Positions 36,568 to 51,500 of a stretch of DNA of 64,000 bases are shown here, piece after piece. The notes below the pieces were generated by a model. The model was given only the letters and a program-made list of their open reading frames with translations. It searched no databases and was not told the origin of the DNA. Position numbers and translations under genes: made by a program. The stretch is from assembly GCA_002269645.1 (NCBI GenBank), contig NIVC01002552.1:1-64000 (forward strand), written 5' to 3'. This DNA comes from Macrostomum lignano (Eukaryota). Numbering within the stretch: position 1 is the first letter of the stretch; the number at the start of each line of letters is the position of its first letter.

Positions 36568-39500
36568 CTAGACGGACAGCTCAGTCACGAGCTCGGTGTC
36601 AGTCAGGCGCTCCCGGAAGGTACTACTGAACAGCCGGCGCACCAGGGCGCCGAGGAAGTCGATGAACTCGCAGACCGTCACAATGCTGATGCCGAGCCAC
36701 AGGCCGCTGAGGCCGCCGAGCTGGGACAGCAGGCTGCTGAGCGGGAAGTTGCACCGCTCCTCGGTGTACTGAATGTCCAGACTGCGAGGGAAAACCCGCA
36801 ACTCCAGGAAATTCTCTTCCATGAAGCTGAAAATCTGCCTGTTGATGCGGCTGAAGCAGTCGGGCGCGGTGCAGCCCTCCAGGGCGGCGAACTGGTCCCA
36901 GAAGTCCGGCTTCAGCGGGTGGATGAGCGAATCCTGCAGACCGCGCCTGCGGACAGTGTTGAAGTACTCCTGGTGGATGGAGTCAAGCAGCAGCTCCTTG
37001 ATGCGGCTCAAGAGCTCCTGCTGCGGCCACAGCGCCTGCGAAACGGCAGTCACGTAGTTGTCGAATTCGCACGGGTTGGGGCAGTCCGAGTGGCTCACCG
37101 GCTGGCGGCGGGCCTCCTACGGGGGTGAAAGTTCAGCTCTGAGCTAATGCTGGCGATAGGACAGAGAAGGCTCTGAAACATTGCATTGTAGTGCCTCAGG
37201 GAATACCCCAGGGGTTACTTGATACCAGATATGACCCAGATTGCTAAAACCCAGACAGCTATGACCCAGATTGCTAAAACCCAGACAGCTGTGACCCAGA
37301 TTGCTAAAACCAGACAGCTATGACCCAGATTGCTAAAACCCAGACAGCTATGACCCAGATTGCTAAAACCAGACAGCTATGACCCAGATTGCTAAAACCA
37401 GACAGCTGTGACCCAGATTGCTAAACCCAGACAGCTATGACCCAGATTGCTAAAACCAGACAGCTATGACCCAGATTGCTAAACCCAGACAGCTATGACC
37501 CAGATTGCTAAAACCCAGACAGCTATGACCCAGACTGCTAAAACCAGACAGCTATGACCCAGATTGCTAAAACCAGACAGCTATGACCCAGATTGCTAAA
37601 ACCAGACAGCTATGACCCAGATTGCTAAAACCAGACAGCTATGACCCAGATTGCTAAAACCAGACAGCTATGACCCAGATTGCTAAACCCAGACAGCAAT
37701 GACCCAGACTGCTAAAACCAGACAGCTATGACCCAGATTGCTAAAACCCAGACAGCTATGACCCAGACTGCTAAAACCAGACAGCTATGACCCAGATTGC
37801 TAAAACCAGACAGCTATGACCCAGATTGCTAAAACCAGACAGCTATGACCCAGATTGCTAAACCCAGACAGCTATGACCCAGATTGCTAAAACCAGACAG
37901 CTATGACCCAGACTGCTAAACCCAGACAGCTATGACCCAGATTGCTAAAACCAGACAGCTATGACCCAGATTGCTAAAACCAGACAGCTATGACCCAGAT
38001 TGCTAAAACCAGACAGCTATGACCCAGATTGCTAAACCCAGACAGCTATGACCCAGATTGCTAAAACCAGACAGCTATGACCCAAATTGCTAAAACCAGA
38101 CAGCTATGACCCAAATTGCTAAAACCAGACAGCTATGACCCAGATTGCTAAAACCAGACAGCTATGATCCAGACAGCTATGATCCAGACAGCTATGATCC
38201 AGACAGCTATGATCCAGACAGCTATGATCCAGACAGCTATGATCCAGACAGCTATGACCCAGATTGTTAAAACCAGACAGCTATGACTCAGATTGCTAAA
38301 CCAAAGGAAGGTGCATTGAACGGACACACCCAGACTGATATGACTAAGAGCAGCATGCTATGATCAAGACTGCCCAGACCCAGACTGATATGACCAAGAG
38401 CAGCATGCTATGATCAAGACTGCCCAGACCCAGACTGATGACCGACTGCCCAGCCGGCTACCTGGAAGCAGTCGATGATGTGGTTCAGCGGCGACGCAGC
38501 GTCCTCGAGGATCTCCATGGCCGGCTGAGCGGCCTGGTCGCCGATGTGGCTGTGGCCGGCCTTCCGCAGCCGCAGGATCATGTCGAACAGCCGTCGGGTG
38601 ATTCTGAACGGCTCGTGGCAGCCGACAAACCTGTCGCGACCGCCGTCGTCGCTGGAGGAGTTGCCGGAGCCGCCAAGCGGGTAGTCAGCATGCACGGAGC
38701 AGTTGCAAACCTGTCCGGCCCGCTCCACCAGCCGGTTGTACTCGCAGTCCTCTTTGCGGTAGTAAAACTCCTCTATGCGACCCGTGGCGTGGTTGCGCTG
38801 CCTGAGGTTGCTGCTCTCGCCTGAGCAGGGCGCCACCGGCGTGTTCGCCAGCGCGGAGCTGGGGGCGGGGGGAGGAGGTTTGATGTCACACCTGACTGTA
38901 ACGGTCACACCTGACTGTAACGGTCACACCCGACTGTAATGGTCACACCTGACAGTAACGGTCCCAAATGACAGTAATGGTCCCACTTTACATTAACGGT
39001 CACACCTGACTGTAACGGTCACACCCGACTGTAACGGTCACACCCGACTGTAACGGTCACACCTGACAGTAACGGTCACACCCGAAATTAACGGTCACAC
39101 CTGACAGTAACGGTCCCAAATGAAAGCAATGTTCCCACTTTACAGTAACGGTCACACCTGACAGCAACGGTCACACCTGACAGTAACGGTCACACCTGAC
39201 AGCAACGGTCACATCTGACAGCAACGGTCACACCTGACAGCAACGGTCACATCTGACAGCAACGGTCACATCTGACAGCAACGGTCACACCTGACTGTAA
39301 CGGTCACATCTGACAGTAACGGTCACACCTGACAGCAATGGTCACATCTGACAGTAACGGTCACACCTGACAGCAACGGTCACACCTGACAGCAACGGTC
39401 ACACCTGACAGTAACGGTCACATCTGACAGTAAAGGTCACACCTGACAGTAACGGTCACACCTGACAGCAACGGTCACACCTGACAGCAACGGTCACATC

Positions 39501-40589
39501 TGACAGTGAAGGTCACATGCCTGACAGTCAAAATGGTCACATCGAGCACTCACTCACACAGACGCGGTCACCCCGCAGACCAATAATAGCACGGTCACCC
39601 CAGACCAGTCCAGTCACATCTGCTAACCGGAAGTGCCAGGTGCTTATCTCGGTCAGCATGCCCTTCGGCAGCATCCAGCCGCCTTCGCTGGGCCGCGGCA
39701 CTGTGTCGGCCTGCTGCAGGGACACCCGCAGGCCCAGCGGCAGCAGAGCCTCCTCGTATCGCTCGCCAAACTCCGAGAACGACTCAACGGAGCTGCGCTG
39801 CGGCACGTTCAGCACAAGGGTGAGGCCGCTGTCGGGTCCAGCCGCGGCGACGAGGCGAGTCGGCGGCCGGAACACGAAGCAGTTCATGAAGTCATGGTGG
39901 TAGTACACGCTGAAGTTTAGGAAGGTGCAGGGCAGCTTCTGGTAGCGGCAGAAGATGATGTAGTCGGCCGGCTGCAGGCCGCTGGCCGGCAGGTCGATGA
40001 AGTGGCTCAGGAAGAAGCGGAACTTGTCCTTCTGCTGCAGCTCGCCGGAGTCGGGCAGCACGATGGCGTCCTCGGTGCCAATGAGGATGTCGCCGGCCGG
40101 GCCGGAGCTCGCGTTGCGGCGCAGTGTCAGGCGCGGGTTGATGGGGCCGATGGGGTCGCAGATGATCACGTCGGGGAAGGCGTAGCCGCCCAGGATGAAG
40201 CTGGTCTGGACGCTGATGGGGTAGGAGAAGTAGTGCATCACCTCCACGGTCAGGTGCGTGGCCACCCCGGCGGTGACCACCGTCAGAATGGCCGCCCACA
40301 CGATCCGGCGGCACCAGCCGTTCGCCTGGGCCAGCTGGCGGATGCCGTGCGCCGTGGTGTTGCCAGCGAAGTCCTTGAAAATCGCTGACAGCCCCGCCTG
40401 CGGCCACTGGTGACAGCTGCGTCCGTGCCGGCACCGGCTGCTGGCCTGCCGCTGCTGCGGCCGCGGCTGCCAAACGCTGCGACGACTTCTGGCGAAGCGC
40501 AGCGGCCGAGGCGCTCCGGGAACGCGGCAGGTCGACAGGCGAAGCGACCCGTTCTCGGCCGGGTGGGCCGGCGACGAAGGACCGGACAT
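36568..40589 (-). CDS. DEG/ENaC (amiloride-sensitive) cation channel subunit
   Basis: Exons 40589-39628, 38858-38462, 37116-36568 in phase. [10 protein letters not shown] (HG motif), TM1, FPDVIIC, GLTLVL, Cys-rich thumb (CNC...DCPNPC), QALWP, TM2 [23 protein letters not shown] (GxS filter). Confidence 0.93.
37230..38300. repeat. 29-30-bp minisatellite ATGACCCAGATTGCTAAAA(C)CCAGACAGCT
   Basis: About 36 units, with a short run of truncated 15-bp units near 38160-38250. Confidence 0.96.
38886..39545. repeat. 19-bp minisatellite CACCTGACAG(T/C)AACGGTCA
   Basis: About 34 units filling DEG/ENaC intron 1. Confidence 0.95.
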
Positions 40590-41174
<585 letters not shown>

Positions 41175-41494
41175 TACTGCTATAAAAAAATTCTAACCGC
41201 GGCCACAGCTCTCACCGCTAGTTCCAACCTCCCGCACTCCATAAACTCAAACCTTAGCCTGAGTTTAAACTGTTGCCATGGCCTGAGCTCTATTGGACAT
41301 CGCAATCCACAGCTTCATGGGACCAATCATAAATGGATGAGTTTGAGAGGGAGACCGCCCTGCCGAACTAAAAAATGCAATTATCAAATTCATTGGATCC
41401 CGACGTTGTGGAGGATAGGAGACTCCAAAACAGCCCAGACAGACTCTCAGATGTTTCTAAATAGCGAATATTTAGATCAATCAGGGAGATTCTG

Positions 41495-42395
41495 GGGCAG
41501 CTGGCCTCTCATAGGGAGAGATTCTGGAGTAGGACTCTCATAGGGAGATTCTGAAATAGGACTCATTGGGAGATTCTGGAGTAGGACGCTCATAGAGAGA
41601 TTCTGGAGTAGGACTCTCATAGGAAGATTCTGGAGTAGGACTCTCATAGGGAGAGATTCTGGAGTAGGACTCTCATAGAGAGATTCTGAAGTAGGACTCT
41701 CATAGGGAGAGATTCTGGAGTAGGACTCTCATAGGAAGATTCTGGAGTAGGACTCTCATAGGGAGATTTTGAAGTAGAACTCTCATAGGGAGATTCTGAA
41801 GTAGGACTTTCATAGGGAGAGATTCTGGAGTAGGACTTTCATAGGGAGAGATTCTGGAGTAGGACTTTCATAGGGAGAGATTCTGGAGTAGGACTCTCAT
41901 AGGGAGATTCTGGAGTAGGACTCTCATAGGGAGAGATTCCGGAGTAGGGCTCTCATAGGGAGAGATTCTGAAGAAGGACTCTCATAGGGAGAGATTCTGG
42001 AGTAGGACTCTCATAGGGAGAGATTCTGAAGTAGGACTCTCGTAGGGAGAGATTCTGAAGTAGGACTCTCGTAGGGAGAGATTCTGAAGTAGGACTCTCA
42101 TAGGGAGATTCTGAAGTAGGACTCTCATAGGGAGAGATTCTGAAGTAGGACTCTCATAGGGAGATTCTAGCTGGAGTACGGCTCTCATAGGGAGACATTC
42201 TGAAGTAGGACTCTCATAGGGAGAGATTCTGAAGAAGGACTCTCATAGGGAGAGATTCTGGAGTAGGACTCTTATAGGGAGAGATTCTGGAGTAGGACTC
42301 TCATAGGGAGAGATTCCGGAGTAGGACTCTCATAGGGTGTCATTCTGAAGTAGGACTCTCATAGGGAGAGATTCCGGAGCAGCTGGACTCTCATG
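41495..42395. repeat. 27-29-bp minisatellite G(G/A)AGTAGGACTCTCATAGGGAGAGATTCT
   Basis: About 31 units. Confidence 0.95.
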
Positions 42396-43036
42396 GGCAT
42401 TCATTAAATCTCAAAGGCAAGGCAGGACAAAACTGTCCATGCCAAACACGGGATGGTGGCTCACGCTATTAACACCAGCTAATTCTAGCACGAAGGGTCC
42501 ATTAGCGCAGTAATCCAGCCTTAGCAGCCATAATGGAGTCCGCAAAGCACTATAAACAACACAAGCCGAGCCAAGCACTGAGGTCTCAACCTACCTGAAA
42601 TTTAGGGCACGAAGTTCCTAGCAAGAAATGAAGGACCACACAAAACAACAGCACATTGTTTAAAGCTAATTTATCAGAAAAAAGATGATTAAAAAGGTGT
42701 ATATTTGCGCTTAAATAACTGTTCGAACAGCTGGACACCTGTCTAAAATATTGGGGTTAGAGAACAGTCCTCAAAGAGAGATTGATTTCATGGAAGTAAG
42801 GCACAAATGAAGGTCAAACCAGATAACAAACAGGGCTGGAATGTTGTTAGCATTTGTTAGAACAAGAGGGTAAAAGGTTTAGTAAAAACGCATCCGTGAA
42901 AATATGTTAAGAAATCGCGATTTAAAACTTTGCGGATAAAAATTACACAGCCAATACTACTAAATAAAACTAGTAAGTAGCAGCTAATGAACATGTCACA
43001 CCAAAACTTATCGCAAAATCGTAAAAAAACGGGACT

Positions 43037-45431
43037 TCAGGGCAGGGCGTCAGCGGCGGCGGAGGGGTCGTCGCCCGCCTTTGAAATGTCGGCGGAGCCT
43101 ACCAGCTCGTAGCTGGCGCCGCCGCCGACTCCGTCGCAGTCGACCAGCCGCAGCGGCCGAAAAAGCGACAGGCCGGCGGCGAACTTCAGCGACATCAGGA
43201 AGCCGAACAGGGCGCCGATGGAGGCGCCGGCTAGCACGTCGCTCCAGTGGTGGTGATAGTCAGACACGCGGCTGCCACACACGAAGCTGCAAGCGAGTGA
43301 GGAGCGAGTGAGACGGGGAAATCAGGCCAACTGCTCATTGCTGCCACCTGGGGTGCTGGCGACTAATCTTTGAGATCTCAGGGTTGCCCAGCAACTCAGG
43401 ATTTGGGAGGCTGGCCCAGCAACTGGGGATCTGGGAGGCTGGCCCAGCAACTGGGGATCTGGGAGGCTGGCCCAGCAACTGGGGATCTGGGAGACTGAGG
43501 ATCTGGGAGACTGAGGATCTGGGAGACTGAGGACCAGGAGGCTGAGGATCTGGGAGACTGAGGACCAGGAGGCTGTGGATCTGGGAGACTGAGGATCTGG
43601 GAGACTGAGGATCTGGGAGGCTGAGGACCAGGAGGCTGAGGATCTGGGAGACTGACGATCTGGGAGACTGAGGATCTGGGAGACTGAGGACCAGGAGGCT
43701 GTGGATCTGGGAGACTGAGGATCTGGGAGACTGAGGATCTGGGAGACTGAGGATCTGGGAGACTGAGGATCTGGGAGACTGAGGATCTGGGAGGCTGAGG
43801 ACCAGGAGGCTGAGGACCTGGGAGACTGAGGATCTGGGAGACTGAGGATCTGGGAGGCTGAGGATCTGGGAGACTGAGGATCTGGGAGACTGAGGATCTG
43901 GGAGACTGAGGATCTGGGAGACTGAGGATCTGGGAGACTGAGGATCTGGGAGACTGAGGATCTGGGAGACTGAGGACCAGGAGGCTGAGGACCAGGAGGC
44001 TGAGGATCTGGGAGGCTGAGGATCTGGGAGACTGATGATCTGGGAGGCTGGCCTAGCAATTAGGGATCTGGGAGGCTGGCTCAGAAACAAGGGATCTGGG
44101 AAGCTGAGGATCTGGGAGGCTGGGGATCTAGGAGGCTGGCCCAGCAACTAAGGATCTGGGAAGCCCAGCAACTGAGGATCTGGGAAGCCCAGCAACTGAG
44201 GATCTGGGAAGCCCAGCAACTGAGGATCTGGGAAGCCCAGCAACTGAGGATCTGGGAAGCCCAGCAACTGAGGATCTGAGAAGCCCAGCAACTGAGGATC
44301 TGAGAAGCCCAGCAACTGAGGATCTGAGAAGCCCAGCAACTGAGGATCTGAGAAGCCCAGCAACTGAGGATCTGAGAAGCCCAGCAACTGAGGATCTGAG
44401 AAGCCCAGCAACTGAGGATCTGAGAAGCCCAGCAACTGAGGATCTGAGAAGCCCAGCAACTGAGGATCTGAGAAGCCCAGCAACTGAGGATATGAGAAGC
44501 CCAGCAACTGAGGATCTGAGAAGCCCAGCAACTGAGGATCTGAGAAGCCCAGCAACTGAGGATCTGAGAAGCCCAGCAACTGAGGATCTGAGAAGCCCAG
44601 CAACTGAGGATCTGAGAAGCCCAGCAACTGAGGATATGAGAAGCCCAGCAACTGAGGATCTGAGAAGCCCAGCAACTGAAGATCCAAACTGCGCGGCAGC
44701 ACTCACCCGGCCAGCGCCAGCAGGGCCAGCTGGTAGACATTTTTCACAGGATGCATTGGATGCCGGAAGCCCAGCCGAGCCTGCAGGTACAACGCCAGGA
44801 AGACAGCCACGAACATGCTGAAGGAGGAGTGGCCGCTGGGGAAGGACATGCTGGCCTCGTCCAGCGCCTTGGGCGCCACGGCGGCCGCTCCGCAGGCCCC
44901 CAGCGGGCTGAGCAGCAGGCCGGGACGGCAGGCGCTGGCGTTGAGCAGCTGGCAGACGGCCAGGAAATGCGGCCGCTGCCGACCGAAGCCCAGCTTGCCG
45001 GCTACGGTGACCAGCTCAGTGCACAGCAGGCCGAACACGCCGGCGTACAGGGCCCGCAGCAGCGCCGACACGAAGCCGGCCGACCGCTCCGACAGGCACC
45101 GCTGCAGGCAATCCGTCAGTTGCCCCCGCGCGGCCGGCTGGTCGCACAGCAGCCGCAGCGCCTCCACCACCAGGATGGTTGCCACGGCAACGGCGATTCC
45201 GCCGCCGACAGCCGGAGCGAAGGGCACAGTGTCCTTTCTGTAGGGGTAGGCGATGGACTCGTCTGTGCAGAAGAATTCGCGGCGAAACGGCCTGACGCCC
45301 GAGTGCAGCACGATCGAAGGCGCCGCCACGCACAGCAGGGCGACCGCGTGCGAGGCGATTGAGAGGGACAGGCGGAGCTCGCTGGGCGGCGGCATGGCTG
45401 GCAACTGGCTTTGATCTGCCGTCACCGGCAT
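43037..45431 (-). CDS. PLPP: Lipid phosphate phosphatase (PAP2 / wunen-like)
   Basis: Exons 45431(or 45395)-44707 and 43286-43037. [26 protein letters not shown]1 [12 protein letters not shown]2 SFPSGHSS, C3 [16 protein letters not shown] all intact. Confidence 0.94.
43385..44690. repeat. Compound minisatellite (28-bp, 18-bp CTGAGGATCTGGGAGA, 27-bp CCCAGCAACTGAGGATCTG(A/G)GAAG)
   Basis: Fills the PLPP intron; shares the CTGAGGATCTGGGAG core with 30932-31358. Confidence 0.95.
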
Positions 45432-45571
45432 GCATAAAAATGTTTTACGGTATAATAACTGTCACTCATTACTAGCTGGATTAGTTTTTATACTGCAGCT
45501 CAACAATAAAGTTTGAAAGATTTAGCGCTGACAGAGACTGAAACATCAACAGATAGCAAATTAGGGTTGCT

Positions 45572-45581
45572 ACAGGCAGAC

Positions 45582-45624
<43 letters not shown>

Positions 45625-45626
45625 GG

Positions 45627-45679
<53 letters not shown>

Positions 45680-45761
45680 CGACAGACAGGCAGACAGACA
45701 AACAGACCGACAGACAGGCAGACAGACAAACAGACAGAGACAGACAGACAGACATACAGAC

Positions 45762-45800
<39 letters not shown>

Positions 45801-45913
45801 TGCAGACAGAGACAGACAGACAGACAGAAAGACAGACAGACAGACAGAGACAGGCAGGCAGCAGAAAGACAGGCAGACAGACAGACAGGCAGACAGACAG
45901 ACAGACAGGCAGG

Positions 45914-45947
<34 letters not shown>

Positions 45948-46112
45948 CACAGACATACAGACAGACAGACAGACAGGCAGACAGACAGACAGACAGACAG
46001 GCAGACAGACAGGCAGACAGACAGGCAGACAGACAGACACACAGACAGACACACAGACAGACACACAGACAGACAGACAGACAAGCAGACACACAAACAG
46101 AGACATACACAG
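45572..46112. repeat. (GACA)n microsatellite
   Basis: Same motif as 40590-41174, opposite orientation. Confidence 0.97.
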
Positions 46113-46789
46113 AGAGCTCTAACAGGGCTATTAAAAACTCAAATTGCAGAAGAAAATAACGGAGGCTCTGAAATTGTCTGAGCAAGCAATCAACTATACA
46201 GATCAGTTATATTTCCATGAGAACTCTTCCTATTGTAATATGCTGATAGCAATTCTTTCAGCTTTTTGAGTACGCAAGCAAGTGCAGTAAAGTCGCCACT
46301 AATCCAAAAGAACTGCAGTCAAAACACCCAGGCAACTAAATATAGATAGCAGTTTTCCGAATAAAAAAGTTAACGAGGAAACCAATTTAACTACTAATAG
46401 TAACAAAAAACGCGTAAAACTTTAAGCATTTGTGACGCCTCGATCCAGTTGTTCGTTTGCCAATATTTACAGGGTAATAAATGACTCTGCTCAACAAGGT
46501 GGCACAGGGCAGCACTGCAATGGGACTGTTACTGAGATAGGCTGTGCATAGCTATATGTAAACTTTGAAATATCTCAAGTATCATAATCCGGCAGGTATG
46601 ACAGTCAGAGATGTTGGGGGAGTTTATTTGGCACTGGGGGAGGGGGGGCGATGCAGCATCCGGGTGGCGGGGTCAGCTGCCGAATCTTGGAGTTTGTCAA
46701 CGATCATTCCAAATAGTAATGATGATGGACTCTTGAGATACTTCTGTCAATTTAGCAAGTATTGGAAGAGAATGAATGAGAGATCGGTT

Positions 46790-48050
46790 CAATGAGTGTG
46801 AGTGAATGATATGGTGTGAATGAGAGTATTAATGAGAGAGTGGGTGAATGAGAGAGTGGAATGAGAGATTGGGTGAATAAGAGAGTGGGCGAATGAGAGT
46901 GTGGGTGAATGAGAGTGGGTGAATGAGATGGTGTGTGAATGAGAGTAGGTTAAGGAGAGACTAGGTTAAGGAGTGAGTAGGTTAAGAAGAGAGTAGGTTA
47001 GAGAGAGAGAGAGAGTGGGCGAATGAGAGAGTGGGTGAATGAGAGTGGGTGAATGAGAGTGGGTGAATGAGATGGTGTGTGAATGAGAGTAGGTTAAGGA
47101 GAGACTATGTTAAGGAGAGAGTAGGTTAAGAAGAGAGTAGGTTAGAGAGAGAGAGAGAGTGGGCGAATGAGAGAGTGGGTGAATGAGAGTAGGTTAAGGA
47201 GGGTAGGTTAAGGAGAGAGTAGGTTAGAGAGAGAGAGTGGGCGAATGAGAGAGTGGGTGAATGAGAGTGGGTGAATGAGAGTGGGTGAATGAGAGTGGGT
47301 GAATGAGAGTGGGTGAATGAGAGTAGGTTAAGGAGAGTGGGTGAATGAGAGAGTAGAATGAGAGAGTGTAATGAGAGATTGGGTGAATAGGAGAGTGGGC
47401 GAATGAGAGAGTGGGCGAATGAGAGTGGGTGAATGAGAGTGGGTGAATGAGATGGTGTGTGAATGAGAGTAGGTTAAGGAGAGACTATGTTAAGGAGAGA
47501 GTAGGTTAAGAAGAGAGTAGGTTAGAGAGAGAGAGAGAGTGGGCGAATGAGAGAGTGGGTGAATGAGAGTAGGTTAAGGAGGGTAGGTTAAGGAGAGAGT
47601 AGGTTAGAGAGAGAGAGTGGGCGAATGAGAGAGTGGGTGAATGAGAGTGGGTGAATGAGAGTGGGTGAATGAGAGTGGGTGAATGAGAGTGGGTGAATGA
47701 GAGTAGGTTAAGGAGAGTAGGTTAGAGAGAGAGTAGGTTAAGGAGAGTAGGTTAGAGAGAGAGTAGGTTAAGGAGAGTAGGTTAGAGAGAGAGTGGGCGA
47801 ATGAGAGTGGGTGAATGAGAGTGGGTGAATGAGAGAGTGGGTGAATGATATGGCGTGTGAATGAGAGTAGTTTAAGGAGAGAAAGGGTGAATGAGAGTGG
47901 GCGAATGAGAGAGTGGGCGAATGAGAGAGTGGGCGAATGAGAGAGTGGGCGAATGAGAGAGTGGGCGAATGAGAGAGTGGGCGAATGAGAGTGGGTGAAT
48001 GAGATGGCGGGTGAATGAGAGTAGGTTAAGGAGAGTGGGTGAATAAAGTG
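46790..48050. repeat. Purine-rich compound minisatellite (GAATGAGAGTGGG(T/C) and GAGAGTAGGTTAAG units)
   Basis: 14-16-bp units with block-level duplication. Confidence 0.92.
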
Positions 48051-48302
48051 GAGCAGTAAAAATTGGGAGAATTTCATGAAAAGAAGAGAGACACAAGCAG
48101 TCAGTAACTTCTCAATACAATGGCTCTTTAAGCAGGACAGGAGTTAAGATCACTAGATCAGTTTCTATTCTATAATTGAAATACACAGAGACTCTCAAGT
48201 GCAATCACCAAAACCACCAGCAGAGAGGGCACGGATTGAAGCAGAATTGAATAAAGATTCGGGGATTCGATGGCAACTGGGAAGGCGAGTTCAGAGGTGA
48301 GC

Positions 48303-48527
48303 TCATCGCACAAACAGCACGTAGAATGCCATCACAGTGCAGGCGATGGCCACGACAATGTGCAGCCGGACTCCGATCACCGCCCCCTTGTACAGGACGC
48401 CCCACAGGCCCGACTTCTCTGAGAAGCACCACTGCCGCAGGCGGGGTACCCGGCGCAGGTAGGCGCAGGTGCAAACAAACAGCAGCGACATCACCAGGGC
48501 GCCATCAAAGCTGTAGGCGTTTGTCAT
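48303..48527 (-). CDS. TMEM167B: Protein kish-B (small Golgi membrane protein)
   Basis: Single-exon 74 aa [74 protein letters not shown], colinear with TMEM167B (MTNVYSLDG...LLFVCTCAY...VPRL...SEK.G.WGV.YK.AVIG.RLH). Confidence 0.95.
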   Translation of the reverse strand: MTNAYSFDGALVMSLLFVCTCAYLRRVPRLRQWCFSEKSGLWGVLYKGAVIGVRLHIVVAIACTVMAFYVLFVR

Positions 48528-51500
48528 GTCTGCTGGAAGGCGATTTGCAATCACATTGGCGATTGCAGAATAACTGAGCCCGGGTAATGTGTTTTATCCC
48601 ACTAAATTGCGATAAAGTTGGTAAACGGCAGGAGTAACACTTCGTCAATGCCTCGTCACCTAATTAGTGCTACTAACCATAAATAATTAGTACTAACTTA
48701 GGCTTATCAGGCAGTTTAGCCTGTTTTGCCTGCTAGTCAACAAAATATCTAATAGAGATTATTTATTGGAACTCTATTGGCAACCTAAGGGGTTGTAGTT
48801 GTAGTGTTCTACCGCCCACAAAAAGGCATAAAAATTGTTAATGTAAAAGTTTAATCATAGAATGCTACTGTAAGTAGACTAGTGCACACATGTGTATTGA
48901 AACCCTGAATCATGTTACTATTTATAGCAAATGAATGAGTCATGATACTACTTATAGTAAGGAATGAATCATGATAATTTATAACCCAGAATCTATTATC
49001 TATCGTTACTAATTATAGCACAAAAATGAGTCATGTTACCCTTTATAGGGCAACACCCGAGTCATGTTGCTATTTATGGTTTGCAAAATTGCCTATAAAT
49101 ACAAGTGGTCCAAAACAGACCCAGAGCCAACAACCGAACCTCCAGAAGGAGACGCTCCAAAGAGGAAGCCTTAGGAGGACTTCCTGAAGACTAAGTTAAT
49201 CGAGACTTGGTCGAGTTCTTGTGGTAAGCCTTACTCATTTGCGCCCATTGTCTGAGTCGACTCATTATTGTTGTTGAGATTGAGTCTGTTGAGACTCTTG
49301 AGTCTATTGAGACTTCATTGGTTATAGTCTCCAGAAGGACTACCCTGATAGATCTTAGAAGACTATCAGTGATTACCAGAGCTATACCTAGAGTACATTG
49401 AGGCACTGCTAGAAGGAGAAGGCTTATTTGAAACCGCAGTTTGGCGCAGGGATCCCATTGTTAATTTGAAGCTTCTGATTGGTCCGAACAACAGATACTG
49501 GCCGGAGACACTCCAGCGGAAGTAAAAGTGCAAAGGACCAGAACTACAAAGAAGTAAGGTGCCTGATCTATAGAGACTACTTGCAGTCGAGATCTACTCA
49601 TCTCAAGAAGAACTAATCCGGATTCAAGGTAATAACTACCTTCAGTTGATTACTGGGTTGCCTAGCAGTAGCTAGAAGTGATTGTTCTTTGATTACTGAG
49701 AAAGGTCTTAGTAATAAGGAACACATCATAGTCTAGTGTTTAGAGTATCAGACTCATGACTCAATACTTTTATATATGCAACAAGATTAAAGCTTTAAAA
49801 AACCCATATAGACATGCCTAATAGATACAAACCTCCCACAAATTGAAATTTTAGGTGCATTTTACTAATTGATATTAGCTATCAATTGGAATTTTCTATT
49901 TATTAGTCATAATTGATATACTATTATAATATTATACTAATTATAGCACTTCTACAGTATAATTGCTATTATCTAACCACTAATAATATGCCAGATTTTT
50001 TAATATTCATAACATAAAAGTAAATGAGTCATCACCAAAGCTAAAATTCAAAACTATGCTAAATAGACTCAATAAAAATGCTAGGCTATTTATATTATTA
50101 AAATAAAATAATCATATATTCTTCATAGGCATTTTAGTCTACTATCTATATCTTTTTGTTTTAGAATAAAATATTATAGTATTCAATTTTATTGGTTTAT
50201 AAATTATAGTATAGTACAGTACTTTGTCTTTATTTAATCTGCTTTCAGAAGTACTTAAATTAAATGTGAGTTCAAAATTTGTGAATCAAATCAAGAAATA
50301 TAGCAATAGAATAGGTCTAAAAAACCTAGCAGTTTACAACTTCTACCAATAAATGCAACAAACTACATAGCAAAAAGTTCTAAAAAATTCAGACTGAAAA
50401 ACTGAAAAAATGTTTATTTTTTATAGAGCACGAAACGTTATACTAGCGCCTATAATTTTAAACTTGTGCGTGCCCTCTAGCCCTTTAGGAGAGCAGCTTT
50501 TTGTTATATTTTTTGGAGGGTGAACTGGTGAACCCAATCATTACCCTTCAAGAGCTTTAAAAAGGTCGCGCAAAAAATAAAAGTAAAAACGTTGTTAGTT
50601 AGTATAGAATGTGATCTACGGACCACAAACACATCAACCACCTGGGTCGATTCAATAACATAAAAAAGGTTCTTGTCTTCATTTTTGTAATTTTCTATTA
50701 GATTATAAGAAATGTATACTATTTGTCAGTGAAGTTTTTCATGTAATGTTATATAGATTTAGGCAACTCTTCGTATCACTAAGTGTAATAATAAAATTTT
50801 TTTATTTATAAATATTTGTCATTTCCAAGAATGTTATAATTTAAAGTTTTGTTACTTAACATAACAATGTAACGACTTTTTATGTGCTTTGAGGAAATTT
50901 TTATTGTTTTATGCTGCAACTAACACTTCAGTACTTTTTTGCGATTTGAATAATTCTTAATTTTTTTCTTCTAAAGTTTTTTTCTTATTTTAGATGCTTC
51001 TTTTTAACATATTCTGTAATTAAGAATTATCGGAATCCGGTCATGTAGACTTTTAAGCGCTAGGCGGTGCCGTGCGGCTTGCAAGAACTATAAGTAATTG
51101 CACTGGCTGTCTGTGTGTAAACTAAATCTTTGAAGTAACTACTGACCTTATTACTTCAATTTTGAGCTATCGTGTGATCAAAAATCTCAAGTTTGACTCT
51201 ATATTATTATTTGCTTTTAATTGCTTGCTTGCTTGGCCTTGGCTTAGCATATTTCCATATTATATAGTTTTGTTACAACGTTAAAAGCTATCCAGTTAGA
51301 TATTATTTTACTTTAAGCCGCTAATTTTTTTGCTAAAAACGTTTAGCAGGGTTAGCTTCCCTACTATATTTGCACAACTCCTAGCATGTAAGGCTTGTCT
51401 AAAACTTAAAAGTAATAAATTTAACAACTTTCGTGCAGTTAATAAGGTACATTGAGTGTATTTCATTCTAGCTGCATAAAAAGATGTGTACTGCACTATT

